From: Candidatus Dadabacteria bacterium
Lineage (GTDB): Bacteria > Desulfobacterota_D > UBA1144 > Nemesobacterales > CSP1-2
NCBI GenBank assembly: GCA_023250035.1
Contig: JAHFBK010000003.1
Span: forward strand, 1 to 43,917
Direction: 5' to 3'
DNA length: 43,917 nt
In this document: one piece after another, positions 1 to 9,532 of the stretch
Numbering within the stretch: the first letter of the stretch is position 1
Layout: every line of letters begins with the position of its first letter
Position numbers and translations under genes: made by a program
The notes under the pieces: model-generated
Told to the model about the DNA's origin: nothing
Seen by the model: only the letters and a program-made list of their open reading frames with translations
The model's database searches: none

Positions 1-183
1 AAAGTAGAAGTCCACTCCTTTGTAGTGTAATATTCCCTTGCCTACATCGCCGCCTATAATAAATCCAAGTTGTGTTTCGTCAATCTCAATTGTTCCTGAA
101 GGGATTTTTTCCTGAGCTGATACTAATGACGTAATCAAGAGAATGAAGGTGACTACCATAAATTTTGTTATATGTCTAAACAT
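1..183 (-). CDS. secreted hypothetical protein, first 61 codons only (gene runs off the left edge)
   Basis: The reverse complement reads ATG (183-181) MFRHITKFMVVTFILLITSLVSA/QEKIPSGTIEIDETQLGFIIGGDVGKGILHYKGVDFYF, which looks like a signal peptide. AGGAGG (rc of 191-196) lies 7 nt upstream. The frame is open to position 1. It is absent from the ORF track because there is no stop in the window. Confidence 0.5.
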   Translation of the reverse strand, partial: MFRHITKFMVVTFILLITSLVSAQEKIPSGTIEIDETQLGFIIGGDVGKGILHYKGVDFYF

Positions 184-477
184 GATATTTCCTCCTGCCA
201 AATGGATTTTTGGGAACCTTAGTTCCGTGATGACTTGTGTGGTTTTGTTCACAATAAATTACCTCCTTCTCAACTTTACTTATAAAAGCCAATGATGGGC
301 AAAAATTTTAATAGAGAAATCTAAAAAGTAAACATCATCTAGAAAATATCCTCTGTCTTAGTTATGACTCAATTTATTTTGTTAATTTCTTATCTTAGTT
401 GCAGATGTATTTGAGCCGTGTTAATTTAACTAAGCCTTATTAACATCTCTCTATAAAAAGACCAGGAGCAAATTAGA

Positions 478-1248
478 GTGTACCCAGTGCTTTTTAGAAT
501 AGGTGATATTGCAATCTCTTCCTATGTAGTAATGTTGATAATTGGTTTCCTGGTAGCTTATGTACTCTGTATAGGAGAGTTTAAGAGAAAAGGACTCAGT
601 GAGGGCCTTCTTGATCTTGTTTTTGCTGCCTGTGTGATCGGTGGTATTGTAGGGTCAAAGATACTTTCTCTGATAGAAGAGGTAAGCTTAGAGGATCTAA
701 TGGCTGATCCTGTAAGGTATCTATCATCAGGGTTCACGGGCCTGGGTGGTTTTGTGGGCGCCGTTATACTTGTTTATGTTATTGTAAGATTAAAAAAGGT
801 AAACTTTTGGCTAGTTACTGATGCAATGGCTCCTACAGTTATGATTTATGCTATTGCGAGGGTTGGCTGCTTTCTAGTTGGAGATGACTATGGAATACCT
901 TCTAATTTGCCTTGGGCCATGGCTTTTCCTAAAGGCTATCCTCCAACACATGATATGGTTCACCCTACTCAAATCTATGAAGCACTAATAACATTCGGGA
1001 TATTTGTTTATATATGGAAGATTCGAAAAAAAGATATGCCAATCGGCAATCTCACAGCGATTGTTTTCTTATTGGCAGGGGCAGAGAGGTTTCTTGTAGA
1101 ATTTTTAAGAAATACACACCCAAGTTTCATACCCGGCATTTCTTTAGCTCAACTTATGGCACTTGGATTAATCGTTGCAGGAGTTTTAAAACTCTTACAG
1201 CTTAGAGCGCATGAAAGAAAAAATCCAAAACTTAAAGTCAAAGGGTGA
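478..1248 (+). CDS. lgt: prolipoprotein diacylglyceryl transferase-like protein, copy 1
   Basis: 256 aa polytopic membrane protein with Lgt-family landmarks: N-terminal FRIGDIAISSY, signature-like ARVGCFLVGDDYG, PWAMAFP, HPTQIYE, ERFLVEFLR. GTG start preceded by AGGAG. Confidence 0.8.
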   Translation: MYPVLFRIGDIAISSYVVMLIIGFLVAYVLCIGEFKRKGLSEGLLDLVFAACVIGGIVGSKILSLIEEVSLEDLMADPVRYLSSGFTGLGGFVGAVILVYVIVRLKKVNFWLVTDAMAPTVMIYAIARVGCFLVGDDYGIPSNLPWAMAFPKGYPPTHDMVHPTQIYEALITFGIFVYIWKIRKKDMPIGNLTAIVFLLAGAERFLVEFLRNTHPSFIPGISLAQLMALGLIVAGVLKLLQLRAHERKNPKLKVKG

Positions 1249-1367
1249 CTGATGTCAGGGAATGAAAAATTGGGATTAATCACCTCATATTTTTATTTTA
1301 GCTATATTGAAACCTTGTTGACATAAGCCCATTTAGAAAACTCGATAACGAGGCCAGGAGCTTTAGA

Positions 1368-2120
1368 GTGTACCCAGTACTTTTTAGAATTGGAGATTTT
1401 GCGATCTCTCCCTATCCAGTAATATTTGTTATCGCTTTCCTTGTAGCTTATATCCTTTGTAAAGGTGAGTTTAAAAGAAGGGGCTTAAGTGAGGATCTTC
1501 TAGATCTGCTTCTCGTTGCTAATGTTATTGGTGGAATTGTAGGGGCAAAGATTCTTTTTCTCATGGAGAATGTAACCTTCCTTGAATTTATTGGGGATCC
1601 TATCAGGTATCTTTCTTCCGGGCTTACATTTTTAGGGGGTTTTCTGGGAGCAGTTTTTTTGATTTTAGTTGTTGTGTGGGCGAAGAAGGTAAACTTCTGG
1701 CTAGCCGCGGATGCAATGGCTCCTGCCCTTGTTATCGGCTACGCTATTGCAAAGATTGGCTGCTTTCTGGTTGGGGATGACTATGGAATCCCTTCTAATC
1801 TACCCTGGGCTATTTCCTTTCCTAAGGGTGCCCCTCCAACAAATGAAATGGTGCATCCTGCTCAGATCTATGAAATGCTGGTGGCAGCGGGAATATTTGT
1901 GTTTGCGTGGAAGATTCGCAAATGTAATAAGCCTATTGGATGGCTTACTGCAATTGTTTTCATACTAATGGGGCTAGAAAGGTTTCTTGTAGAGTTTGTG
2001 AGAAATACAACACCAAGCTTTATCCCCGGAGTTTCTCTAGCTCAGCTCATGTCCTTTGGATTGATAGTCGCAGGGGTTTTAAAACTCTTTCAGCTTAGAA
2101 TGCGAACAAAAAACCCTTAG
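1368..2120 (+). CDS. lgt: prolipoprotein diacylglyceryl transferase-like protein, copy 2 (tandem paralog)
   Basis: 250 aa, roughly two-thirds identical to copy 1 over its full length (AKIGCFLVGDDYG, HPAQIYE, ERFLVEFVR). It has the same GTG start context (ccaggagc..ttagaGTGtacccagt). Confidence 0.8.
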   Translation: MYPVLFRIGDFAISPYPVIFVIAFLVAYILCKGEFKRRGLSEDLLDLLLVANVIGGIVGAKILFLMENVTFLEFIGDPIRYLSSGLTFLGGFLGAVFLILVVVWAKKVNFWLAADAMAPALVIGYAIAKIGCFLVGDDYGIPSNLPWAISFPKGAPPTNEMVHPAQIYEMLVAAGIFVFAWKIRKCNKPIGWLTAIVFILMGLERFLVEFVRNTTPSFIPGVSLAQLMSFGLIVAGVLKLFQLRMRTKNP

Positions 2121-2248
2121 AGGTTAAAAGGAAGCGAGATTAGCTGATCCGCTTATTATTTATTCTTCATTTTGCTCCAACAGCTAGATTAAAATTAGGC
2201 CTTTGCACCTTTTATTTTTGAGTGGATAATATTTCTCCAACCTGAAAT

Positions 2249-3589
2249 ATGTCTAGACCACAAGACCAACCAAAAGAACTAAACCCTACGCAGCTTATTA
2301 TTCTTACGTTTGCGGCTGCGTGTATTGCAGGAGGGCTTCTCCTAGAGATTCCAATAGCTACTCATGAAGATGTATCGTTCATAGATGCGGTTTTTACCGC
2401 TACGTCCGCAGTGTGCGTCACAGGGCTTGTTGTTGTTGATACTGGGACTACATTTACAGATTTTGGAAAACTGGTAATTCTTCTTTTAGTACAATTGGGT
2501 GGCCTGGGAATAACTACCTATGGAGTCGTATTTACTTCTGTACTTACTGGACGAATTAGCCTAAAGGATAGAGCAATGATACGTGACTCTTTTGCCCACT
2601 TTGGAGTGGTAAACTTTAGGCATCTATTGTATGAAATCGTTATATTTACATTATTGACCGAATTACTTGGTGCGATATTTCTTTTTATATTTATTCCGCA
2701 TGATGGTTTTTTTACTGCACTCTTTCATGCTGTAGCTGCCTTCTGTAATGCCGGATTTTCGTTTTATCGGGATAGCTTTACAGGTTATAGAGGAAGCGTC
2801 GGGGTTAATCTGGTTCTTGTCTGGCTTATCATAATGGGTGGAATAGGGTTTCTCACAGTGCGTGACCTCAGGCTATACATTCTTAAAAAAATTCCACAAA
2901 TCTCACTTCACTCGAGGATTGTGCTTCTGGTCTCTGCTTTTCTACTTATAGCTGGAACGTTTGCAGTACTCGTATTTGAGTGGAATAACGCTCTAGTAGG
3001 TATGCCAATAAAAGAGAAAGTACTTACTTCGCTTTTTCAGTCTGCTAGTGCGAGAACAGCGGGGTTTAACACTGTTGACCTTACGTTGCTATCAAGTTCC
3101 ACACTTTTAGTCCTGATAATTTTAATGTTTATCGGAACATCCCCCGGTTCATGTGGCGGCGGAGTAAAGACTTCAACATTAGCTGTAATGCTAGCTTTGG
3201 CAAAGAATCGTTCTTTGGGAAGAGACGAGGTTTTTCTTTTTAAGAGAACCATTCCCAAGGATATTGTGTCGAAAGCTCTTACTGTGGTAACGGCAAGTTT
3301 ATTGGTAGTAATTTTAATGTCCCTATTACTAACAGCTTCAGAGGGTTGGGGAAACCCTTACACTAAAATGCCTGGCACTTTTATGGATGCGCTTTTTGAA
3401 ACTGTCTCTGCTTTTGGGACAGTAGGTCTATCGGTCGGAAATACAGCAGAGCTTTCAACTTTCGGCAAAATTGTGGTAATATTCACTAAGTTTATTGGTA
3501 GAGTTGGCCCCCTTGCTCTTGCTTTGGCTGTTGGTGGTGAAAAAGCCCTTCATTATAAATATGCAGAAGAGAGAGTGATGGTTGGATGA
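2249..3589 (+). CDS. ktrB: Trk/Ktr-type potassium uptake membrane subunit (TrkH/KtrB family)
   Basis: 446 aa multi-pass membrane protein with repeated pore-loop motifs (TSAVCVTGL, CNAGFS, ARTAGFNTV, FGTVGLSVG). Its stop overlaps the next start (ATGA). Confidence 0.85.
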   Translation: MSRPQDQPKELNPTQLIILTFAAACIAGGLLLEIPIATHEDVSFIDAVFTATSAVCVTGLVVVDTGTTFTDFGKLVILLLVQLGGLGITTYGVVFTSVLTGRISLKDRAMIRDSFAHFGVVNFRHLLYEIVIFTLLTELLGAIFLFIFIPHDGFFTALFHAVAAFCNAGFSFYRDSFTGYRGSVGVNLVLVWLIIMGGIGFLTVRDLRLYILKKIPQISLHSRIVLLVSAFLLIAGTFAVLVFEWNNALVGMPIKEKVLTSLFQSASARTAGFNTVDLTLLSSSTLLVLIILMFIGTSPGSCGGGVKTSTLAVMLALAKNRSLGRDEVFLFKRTIPKDIVSKALTVVTASLLVVILMSLLLTASEGWGNPYTKMPGTFMDALFETVSAFGTVGLSVGNTAELSTFGKIVVIFTKFIGRVGPLALALAVGGEKALHYKYAEERVMVG

Positions 3590-4260
3590 AAAAGGGTAAG
3601 TTTCTAGTTGTTGGGCTTGGAAATTTTGGCTCAAACTTAGCCAGAAGGCTTTTTGAAAGGGGGCAGGAAGTAATAGCTATTGATCTTAACGATAAGAAGA
3701 TAATAGAAGCCAAAGATTATGTATCTGAAGCCGTTGTAGCTGATGCCACTCAGAGAGAAACTTTAGAGCAACTTGGTCTCGGAACAATAGATACAGCAGT
3801 GATAAGCCTCGGAGAAGATAGAATTGATGCAAGTGTGCTTGCTACCCTTCATCTGAGGGATATGGGGATAAAAAATATAATCGTGAAGGCAATATCTCCT
3901 GATCATGCAAGGATAGTCGAAACAATTGGTGCTACTGAAATCATATCCCCTGAAAAGGAAGCTGCCCTAAGACTTGCAGAAAGATTGAGCACTCCACATG
4001 TATTTGAGCAAATTAATCTTCATGAGGGATACACATTAGTTGAAATGATGTGCCCGAAAGAACTATGGAATAAAACGCTCAAAGATGCGGGGATAAGATC
4101 AAAATACGGATTGACAGTTGTCTGGATAAAGAGAAAAAAACCAGACGGTAAAGAGATTTCGATGGTTCCACGCCCTGATGACATGGTTATCGAGGGTGAC
4201 GTCCTTTTTATTCTTGGTGAGGAAAAGGCAATTGAAGGGTTTAAGAAGCTTAAGACATGA
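3586..4260 (+). CDS. ktrA: Trk/Ktr-type potassium uptake NAD-binding subunit (TrkA-N plus TrkA-C domains)
   Basis: 224 aa with an N-terminal Rossmann motif (VVGLGNFGSNLA), a C-terminal RCK_C-like segment, and ATGA overlaps on both sides. Confidence 0.85.
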   Translation: MKKGKFLVVGLGNFGSNLARRLFERGQEVIAIDLNDKKIIEAKDYVSEAVVADATQRETLEQLGLGTIDTAVISLGEDRIDASVLATLHLRDMGIKNIIVKAISPDHARIVETIGATEIISPEKEAALRLAERLSTPHVFEQINLHEGYTLVEMMCPKELWNKTLKDAGIRSKYGLTVVWIKRKKPDGKEISMVPRPDDMVIEGDVLFILGEEKAIEGFKKLKT

Positions 4261-5177
4261 AAGTGATCTTCGACCCAGAAGTACCCCTTAAATTTTCTAC
4301 CTCTGCAACAATTGGAATTTTTGATGGAGTTCACATCGGACACAGAAGAATTATTAGTTCTCTGAGAAAAGATGCTAGAGAAAAGGGTATTAGTTCTTGT
4401 GTGATAACCTTCCATCCCCATCCGCAAAAGGTGCTACGCGGGATTGATATTCCACTTATAGTTCCGCTCAAAGAAAGGTTTAGGCTTCTTGAGAAAGAGG
4501 GTGTGGATGTTACTGTGTGCTACAGTTTCACAAAAGAATTTGCATCTGTTCAGGCCGCGGATTTTGTTAGAGATATGCTAGTTGGAAGACTTGGCATTAG
4601 AACTATATTTGTCGGTCCGGATTTCTTCTTTGGAAGAAATAGGGAGGGGAACATTAATCTTCTTGAAGCCATGGGAAAAACTTATAACTTTGAGATTAGA
4701 AGGGTTGAGCCTGCTTTATTGGACGGTGAGATTATAAGCAGCACTACTATAAGAAAACTGATCGAAGAAGGCATGGTAAGGAAAGCGGCAAGGTTTCTTG
4801 GCTATTCATTTTCAATAGAAGGTACAGTTAAAGAAGGAGAAAGGAGAGGAAGAAAGTTAGGATTTCCAACTGCTAACATTGATACAGACTGGGAAATGCT
4901 CCCAAAAAGAGGAGTATATGTTACATGGGCACATTTAGGTGGCGAAAGGTTTGAAAGTATTACAAATGTAGGCGTTCGTCCTACTTTTGGCGACAATCGG
5001 CTACTGGTGGAAACCCACATAATTGATTTTAAGGATGACGTCTATGGAAAACCTATTAGAATTGAGTTTGTAGATAAATTAAGGGACGAGAGAAGATTTG
5101 AAAGCATTGATGCGCTTGTTGAACAGATATCGAGGGATGTAAAAAGAACTAAAGAGATCTTTTCTGAACTTATTTAA
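4257..5177 (+). CDS. ribF: bifunctional riboflavin kinase / FMN adenylyltransferase
   Basis: 306 aa with GIFDGVHIGH in the N-terminal FAD synthetase part and GRKLGFPTANI in the C-terminal riboflavin kinase part. Confidence 0.9.
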   Translation: MKVIFDPEVPLKFSTSATIGIFDGVHIGHRRIISSLRKDAREKGISSCVITFHPHPQKVLRGIDIPLIVPLKERFRLLEKEGVDVTVCYSFTKEFASVQAADFVRDMLVGRLGIRTIFVGPDFFFGRNREGNINLLEAMGKTYNFEIRRVEPALLDGEIISSTTIRKLIEEGMVRKAARFLGYSFSIEGTVKEGERRGRKLGFPTANIDTDWEMLPKRGVYVTWAHLGGERFESITNVGVRPTFGDNRLLVETHIIDFKDDVYGKPIRIEFVDKLRDERRFESIDALVEQISRDVKRTKEIFSELI

Positions 5178-5223
5178 GCGATTTTTGATTTGAGTGTATC
5201 TATAACAATGAAGGGGAGCCGCT

Positions 5224-6072
5224 TTGATTATAAAAGCAACCACTAAGGTTTATGGGATATTTGGTCATCCAGTAAACCATAGTCTATCTCCCCAAATGCA
5301 TAATGCTGCTTTTCAATCACTACGACTCGACTGTGTTTATCTCGCTTTTGATGTCCACCCAAAGGATTTCGAGATAGCTGCTCGCGCTATAAGGTCTATG
5401 TGTATTTCTGGAGTAAATATTACGATTCCTCACAAAGAGAGCATTATTTTTTTTCTGGATGAAATTTCCCCTGAAGCAAGTCTTACTGGCGCGGTAAACA
5501 CTGTAAAAAACGTGGATGGAAAACTCATAGGATATAACACAGATGTCAGCGGTTTTCTAAGAGCGATAAAGGAGGATTTAGGTTTTCATCCAAAGGGGCT
5601 AAGTGCAGCTCTGATAGGGGCAGGTGGTGCAGCGCGTGCCGTTCTTACATCTCTTTGCATGAACGAGGCATACCAGGTTTACGTGATTAATAGGACCTTG
5701 GATAAGGCAAAGAGATTGGCCTCGGAGTTTAAAAAGGGTTTTAAAGATATCTTTATACAAGCTGTTTCTCTCGATGATAAAGACGAGATAAAAAATATTC
5801 TAGGTAAAACTAATCTTCTTGTGAATGCTACATCAGCAGGAATGAAAGGGGTTGATTCAGTTGAAATACCATTAGAGCACCTTCCAAAAGAAGCGGTGAT
5901 CTATGATCTAGTTTATGATCCCCGTGAGACAAATCTCATCAAAACTGCGAAGGAATTAGGACACAAGGCATCTGGGGGATTGAGCATGCTTCTCTATCAG
6001 GGGGTAGAAAGCTTTGAGATATGGACAGGTAAAGACGCTCCGGCTGGCGTCATGAAAAAGGCACTTGAGTGA
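5224..6072 (+). CDS. aroE: shikimate dehydrogenase
   Basis: 282 aa with SLSPQMHNAAF, NITIPHK, NTD and GAGGAARA motifs. TTG start with GGGGAG upstream. Confidence 0.9.
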   Translation: MIIKATTKVYGIFGHPVNHSLSPQMHNAAFQSLRLDCVYLAFDVHPKDFEIAARAIRSMCISGVNITIPHKESIIFFLDEISPEASLTGAVNTVKNVDGKLIGYNTDVSGFLRAIKEDLGFHPKGLSAALIGAGGAARAVLTSLCMNEAYQVYVINRTLDKAKRLASEFKKGFKDIFIQAVSLDDKDEIKNILGKTNLLVNATSAGMKGVDSVEIPLEHLPKEAVIYDLVYDPRETNLIKTAKELGHKASGGLSMLLYQGVESFEIWTGKDAPAGVMKKALE

Positions 6073-6168
6073 ATTAGATAGGTTAGGAGTGGGTGATTAA
6101 TTTAATTGACAATCCCTTCTATAATAATTAAACTTTTAATCTGGTTTTAATGTATGGAGGCTTGTTAA

Positions 6169-7713
6169 ATGGATACTGGATTAGTAAAGATATTTGATAC
6201 AACCCTTAGAGACGGGGAGCAAGCGCCTGGCTGCGGTATGACGGCTGAGGAAAAGCTTAGAGTAGCATATCAGCTTGAAAAATTAGGGGTGGATGTTATC
6301 GAGGCTGGTTTTCCAGCTTCGTCTGAAGGGGATTTTCAATCAGTAAAGCTCATTTCGGAGAGCATTAGATCATGTGAAATTGCAGGGCTTTGCAGGGCTA
6401 ACTTTAACGATATAGATAGGGGTTGGGAGGCAGTAAAAGGAGCTGAAAGCCCGAGGATCCATACATTTATCGCAACCTCTAATATTCACTTGAAACATAA
6501 GCTTGGTAAAACGAGGGATGAGGTATTAGAAATCATAAGTGCGGCAGTCAAACATGCAAAGCGCTATACCGAAAATGTCGAGTTTTCATGTGAGGATGCA
6601 ACAAGGACAGACCTTGACTACTTATGCAAGGCCGTAGATATTGCTATAAAGGCTGGAGCTACAACGATTAACATCCCGGACACAGTTGGATACACAGTGC
6701 CTGAGGAATTTTCCTATATCATAAGAACCTTGAAAGAGAAGGTAGAAAGTCTTGATAAAGTAATACTCAGTGTGCATTGTCATAACGACTTAGGACTGGC
6801 TGTAGCAAACTCTATTGCTGCAATTAAGGAGGGTGCGAGGCAGGTTGAATGCACTATTAATGGCCTTGGAGAAAGGGCGGGGAACGCATCACTTGAAGAG
6901 ATCGTGATGGCTCTTAAGGTACGCCATGACCGTAACCCCTTTAAAACTAGGATTGTTACTGAACAGATTTATCCGACAAGCAGGCTTGTAGCTCATGTTA
7001 CCGGGGTTAATGTTCAGCCAAATAAGGCGATAGTAGGTGCAAACGCCTTCGCACATGAGGCTGGCATTCATCAAGATGGCGTTCTCAAAGAAAGAATAAC
7101 ATACGAAATTATGACACCAGAAGAGGTTGGGATTCCATCGAATAAAATAATCCTTGGGAAGCACTCCGGGAGACACGGTTTTAAACGCCGTCTTGAGGAA
7201 TTTGGGTATTTTCTTAGTGAGAGCGATTTTCAGCGTGTGTTTCAAAGGTTTAAGGAATTAGCTGATAAGAAGAAATATGTATTTGATGAGGATATAGAAG
7301 CATTAATTAGTGATGAGTTTATCCGCTCGTCTAATTTCTACAGGATTATTTCTGCAAATTTTGCAAGTGGCACTGATATGCGACCTGTTGCGACCGTAAA
7401 ACTTTTGATAGATGATGAAGAGGTAACTGTCTCTGAATACGGTGATGGTCCTGTTGATGCAGCATATAAGGCAATCTCTAAAGCAACAGGAATAAGTCCA
7501 AACCTAGAACATTACATAGTAGCCGCAATCACAGGCGGCACCGATGCGCAGGGCGAAGTTACAGTGAGAATAGAGGAGGATGGTGTTGTTTCTCAAGGAC
7601 AGGGAGCAAGCACTGATATTATAGTCGCAAGTGCAAAAGCCTTTATAAATGCACTCAATAAACTCCGCTGGAGAAAAGAGCACCCAAAACTAGCCTCTAC
7701 TAAAGGGGTTTAG
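6169..7713 (+). CDS. leuA: 2-isopropylmalate synthase (citramalate synthase not excluded)
   Basis: 514 aa with TTLRDGEQ, HCHNDLGLAVANS and HQDG motifs plus a C-terminal LeuA allosteric-type domain. Confidence 0.85.
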   Translation: MDTGLVKIFDTTLRDGEQAPGCGMTAEEKLRVAYQLEKLGVDVIEAGFPASSEGDFQSVKLISESIRSCEIAGLCRANFNDIDRGWEAVKGAESPRIHTFIATSNIHLKHKLGKTRDEVLEIISAAVKHAKRYTENVEFSCEDATRTDLDYLCKAVDIAIKAGATTINIPDTVGYTVPEEFSYIIRTLKEKVESLDKVILSVHCHNDLGLAVANSIAAIKEGARQVECTINGLGERAGNASLEEIVMALKVRHDRNPFKTRIVTEQIYPTSRLVAHVTGVNVQPNKAIVGANAFAHEAGIHQDGVLKERITYEIMTPEEVGIPSNKIILGKHSGRHGFKRRLEEFGYFLSESDFQRVFQRFKELADKKKYVFDEDIEALISDEFIRSSNFYRIISANFASGTDMRPVATVKLLIDDEEVTVSEYGDGPVDAAYKAISKATGISPNLEHYIVAAITGGTDAQGEVTVRIEEDGVVSQGQGASTDIIVASAKAFINALNKLRWRKEHPKLASTKGV

Positions 7714-7720
7714 AGTTAGA

Positions 7721-7833
7721 GGTTCGTGTATCGTGGATTGTGTATCGTAAAGCTTGTATCGAATCGTTTGACTGAGCCCTTCGGCTAACTCAGGACAGGC
7801 TCATGACGAGGTCACGAATCACAAACACGAACC
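7721..7833. repeat. structured intergenic element: imperfect long inverted repeat around a small stem-loop
   Basis: GGTTCGTGT (7721-7729) and ACACGAACC (7825-7833) are a perfect 9 bp inverted repeat. The arms extend imperfectly (about 8/12 more). TGTATCG occurs three times in the left arm. The centre has AGCC-CTTC-GGCT (7775-7786) nested in GAGCC...GGCTC (7774-7802). Confidence 0.4.
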
Positions 7834-7860
7834 ACAAGTTGCGAACCCAGAGCTACGAAA

Positions 7861-9348
7861 ATGCCTTTCCCCACAGAAACAATTAAAAGATACATTGCTG
7901 CAAGATACCCTATTCTCTATCTTGTATCATGGGAGGAAGATAGAGTTGAGAGGATGTTATCGCTTCTTGGAGCGAGGCTTTTTACAACCCCTATTAAGTT
8001 TTATACGTGGTCCTGTATAAGCGGGTTAAGAAGCAACGGAATTGAAATAGAAAATACGAATGATCTGATCCAGGCTTTAGACCGGATTACAAGAGAAGAA
8101 GAGATAGGATTTTATCTCTTTAAAGACCTCCATTTCTTTCTTAACGATCCCAGATTAATTAGAAAGCTCAGGGAAGTTTATAGGGCTCTCAGAACTAGCT
8201 ACAAAACCCTCTTCATACTTTCTCCTTCTTTAATTCTTCCTAATGAGCTTGAAAAAGAGGTAACAGTAATTGACATCGGCCTTCCGGATGTAGATGAGGC
8301 TGGAAAGATTTTTGACCTTGTAATAAATTCCAATAAAGACTTTGAGAAGATTCGAGGCTCTCTTAACCCAACAATTAGAGAAAAATGTCTCCGGGCAATG
8401 CTCGGGTTTGGATCAACGGAGATGGAGCTTGCCCTAACAAAAATTCTTGCCGGAAGGGAAAGCGTGGGTGAAGAGTCAATTGAAGCGATTTTGGAAGAAA
8501 AGGCTCAGCTTGTAAGGAAATCCGGAACAATTGAGTTTGTAAGGGCCCGTATTGGTTTAGATGATATCGGAGGGCTTGAAAACCTCAAAGAGTGGCTTCA
8601 AACAAGGGCTCTAGCCTTTTCTAGTGAAGCCAAAAGGTTCGGGCTTGACATGCCAAAGGGGGTTCTACTAATGGGTATTAGCGGTTGTGGGAAGAGCCTT
8701 TGTGCTAAAGCAGTGGCTACGGCATGGGACCTTCCACTACTGAGACTCGATTTAAATCAAGTTTACAGTGGTGCTTTTGGTAGTCCCGAGGAGGCTTTTC
8801 GAAGGTCTATAAAGACAGTTGAGGCGATTGCGCCCTGTGTTCTGTGGATTGACGAGATAGAGGCCGGGATAACAAGAAGCGGTGAGAAGGCGAGCGACAG
8901 CCCGGCATCAAGGATATTTGGTTATTTTCTTACCTGGATGCAGGAAAGGGAGCATGCAGTCTTTATAACTGCTACTGCAAACCAGATAGACTTGCTTCCT
9001 CCCGAGATCTTGAGAAAGGGAAGATTTGACGAGATATTTTTCGTCCCACTTCCATCTCACAAAGAAAGAAAGGAGATATTCAGAATTCATCTTCTTCACC
9101 GTGGAAGAAATCCAGACTCCTTTGATTTAGACTCGCTTGCCAAGAATACGGATGGGCTTAGTGGTGCTGAAATTGAACAGGCTGTTGTATCAGCGCTCTA
9201 TGAATCATTTTCTATGGGAAAGGAGCTAGATGAAAGGGAGTTAATAATAGCGGCGTCTTTAATCGTTCCCCTATCCACAACTATGCGAGAAGAGATTTCA
9301 AAACTAGAGCGCTGGTCATCAAACCGAGCGGTAAAAGCATCAAAATAA
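7861..9348 (+). CDS. Ycf46-like AAA+ ATPase (degenerate N-terminal domain plus one classical AAA module)
   Basis: 495 aa with Walker A GISGCGKS, Walker B VLWIDEIE, LRKGRFDEIFF and LSGAEIEQ. The N-terminal RYPILYLVSWEEDRVE...YTW...FKDLHFFLNDP pattern matches my recollection of cyanobacterial/plastid Ycf46. Confidence 0.75.
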   Translation: MPFPTETIKRYIAARYPILYLVSWEEDRVERMLSLLGARLFTTPIKFYTWSCISGLRSNGIEIENTNDLIQALDRITREEEIGFYLFKDLHFFLNDPRLIRKLREVYRALRTSYKTLFILSPSLILPNELEKEVTVIDIGLPDVDEAGKIFDLVINSNKDFEKIRGSLNPTIREKCLRAMLGFGSTEMELALTKILAGRESVGEESIEAILEEKAQLVRKSGTIEFVRARIGLDDIGGLENLKEWLQTRALAFSSEAKRFGLDMPKGVLLMGISGCGKSLCAKAVATAWDLPLLRLDLNQVYSGAFGSPEEAFRRSIKTVEAIAPCVLWIDEIEAGITRSGEKASDSPASRIFGYFLTWMQEREHAVFITATANQIDLLPPEILRKGRFDEIFFVPLPSHKERKEIFRIHLLHRGRNPDSFDLDSLAKNTDGLSGAEIEQAVVSALYESFSMGKELDERELIIAASLIVPLSTTMREEISKLERWSSNRAVKASK

Positions 9349-9532
9349 ACATAGCTTCATTAATATGCTCTGATTTCTAGATACTACATTTATTGCATCT
9401 AACAATTGCGATAGATCTCTATTTACAAGCTAAAACGGGAATAAGAAATATAACATTTCACCAATGTGGATGGGAAATAAAAAGTGTAATAGCACTTGCA
9501 AAAATTAGAGGAGATACAAAGGAGGATAAGGC

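Noticed and set aside
184-252. In-frame GTG at 252 with GAAGGAGG upstream, which would extend the left-edge gene by 23 codons.
   Set aside because: The extension (VNKTTQVITELRFPKIHLAGGNI) would bury the signal peptide. The ATG at 183 has its own AGGAGG at ideal spacing.
1014-1968. Internal plus-strand ORFs 1014-1205 and 1711-1968 within the lgt copies.
   Set aside because: They are out-of-frame overlaps inside well-supported membrane-protein genes, with no independent signals.
2121-2248. Possible c-di-AMP (ydaO-type) riboswitch or other leader upstream of the K+ uptake genes.
   Set aside because: The gap is only 128 nt. I could not find the conserved paired elements or motifs of that riboswitch class by eye, and there is no convincing structure.
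7786-7800. 13-mer CTCAGGACAGGCT shared with 24461-24474, considered as a possible third repeat family.
   Set aside because: It is a single short match. The second occurrence lies inside a plausible DUF433-like reading frame. There is not enough evidence to call a family.
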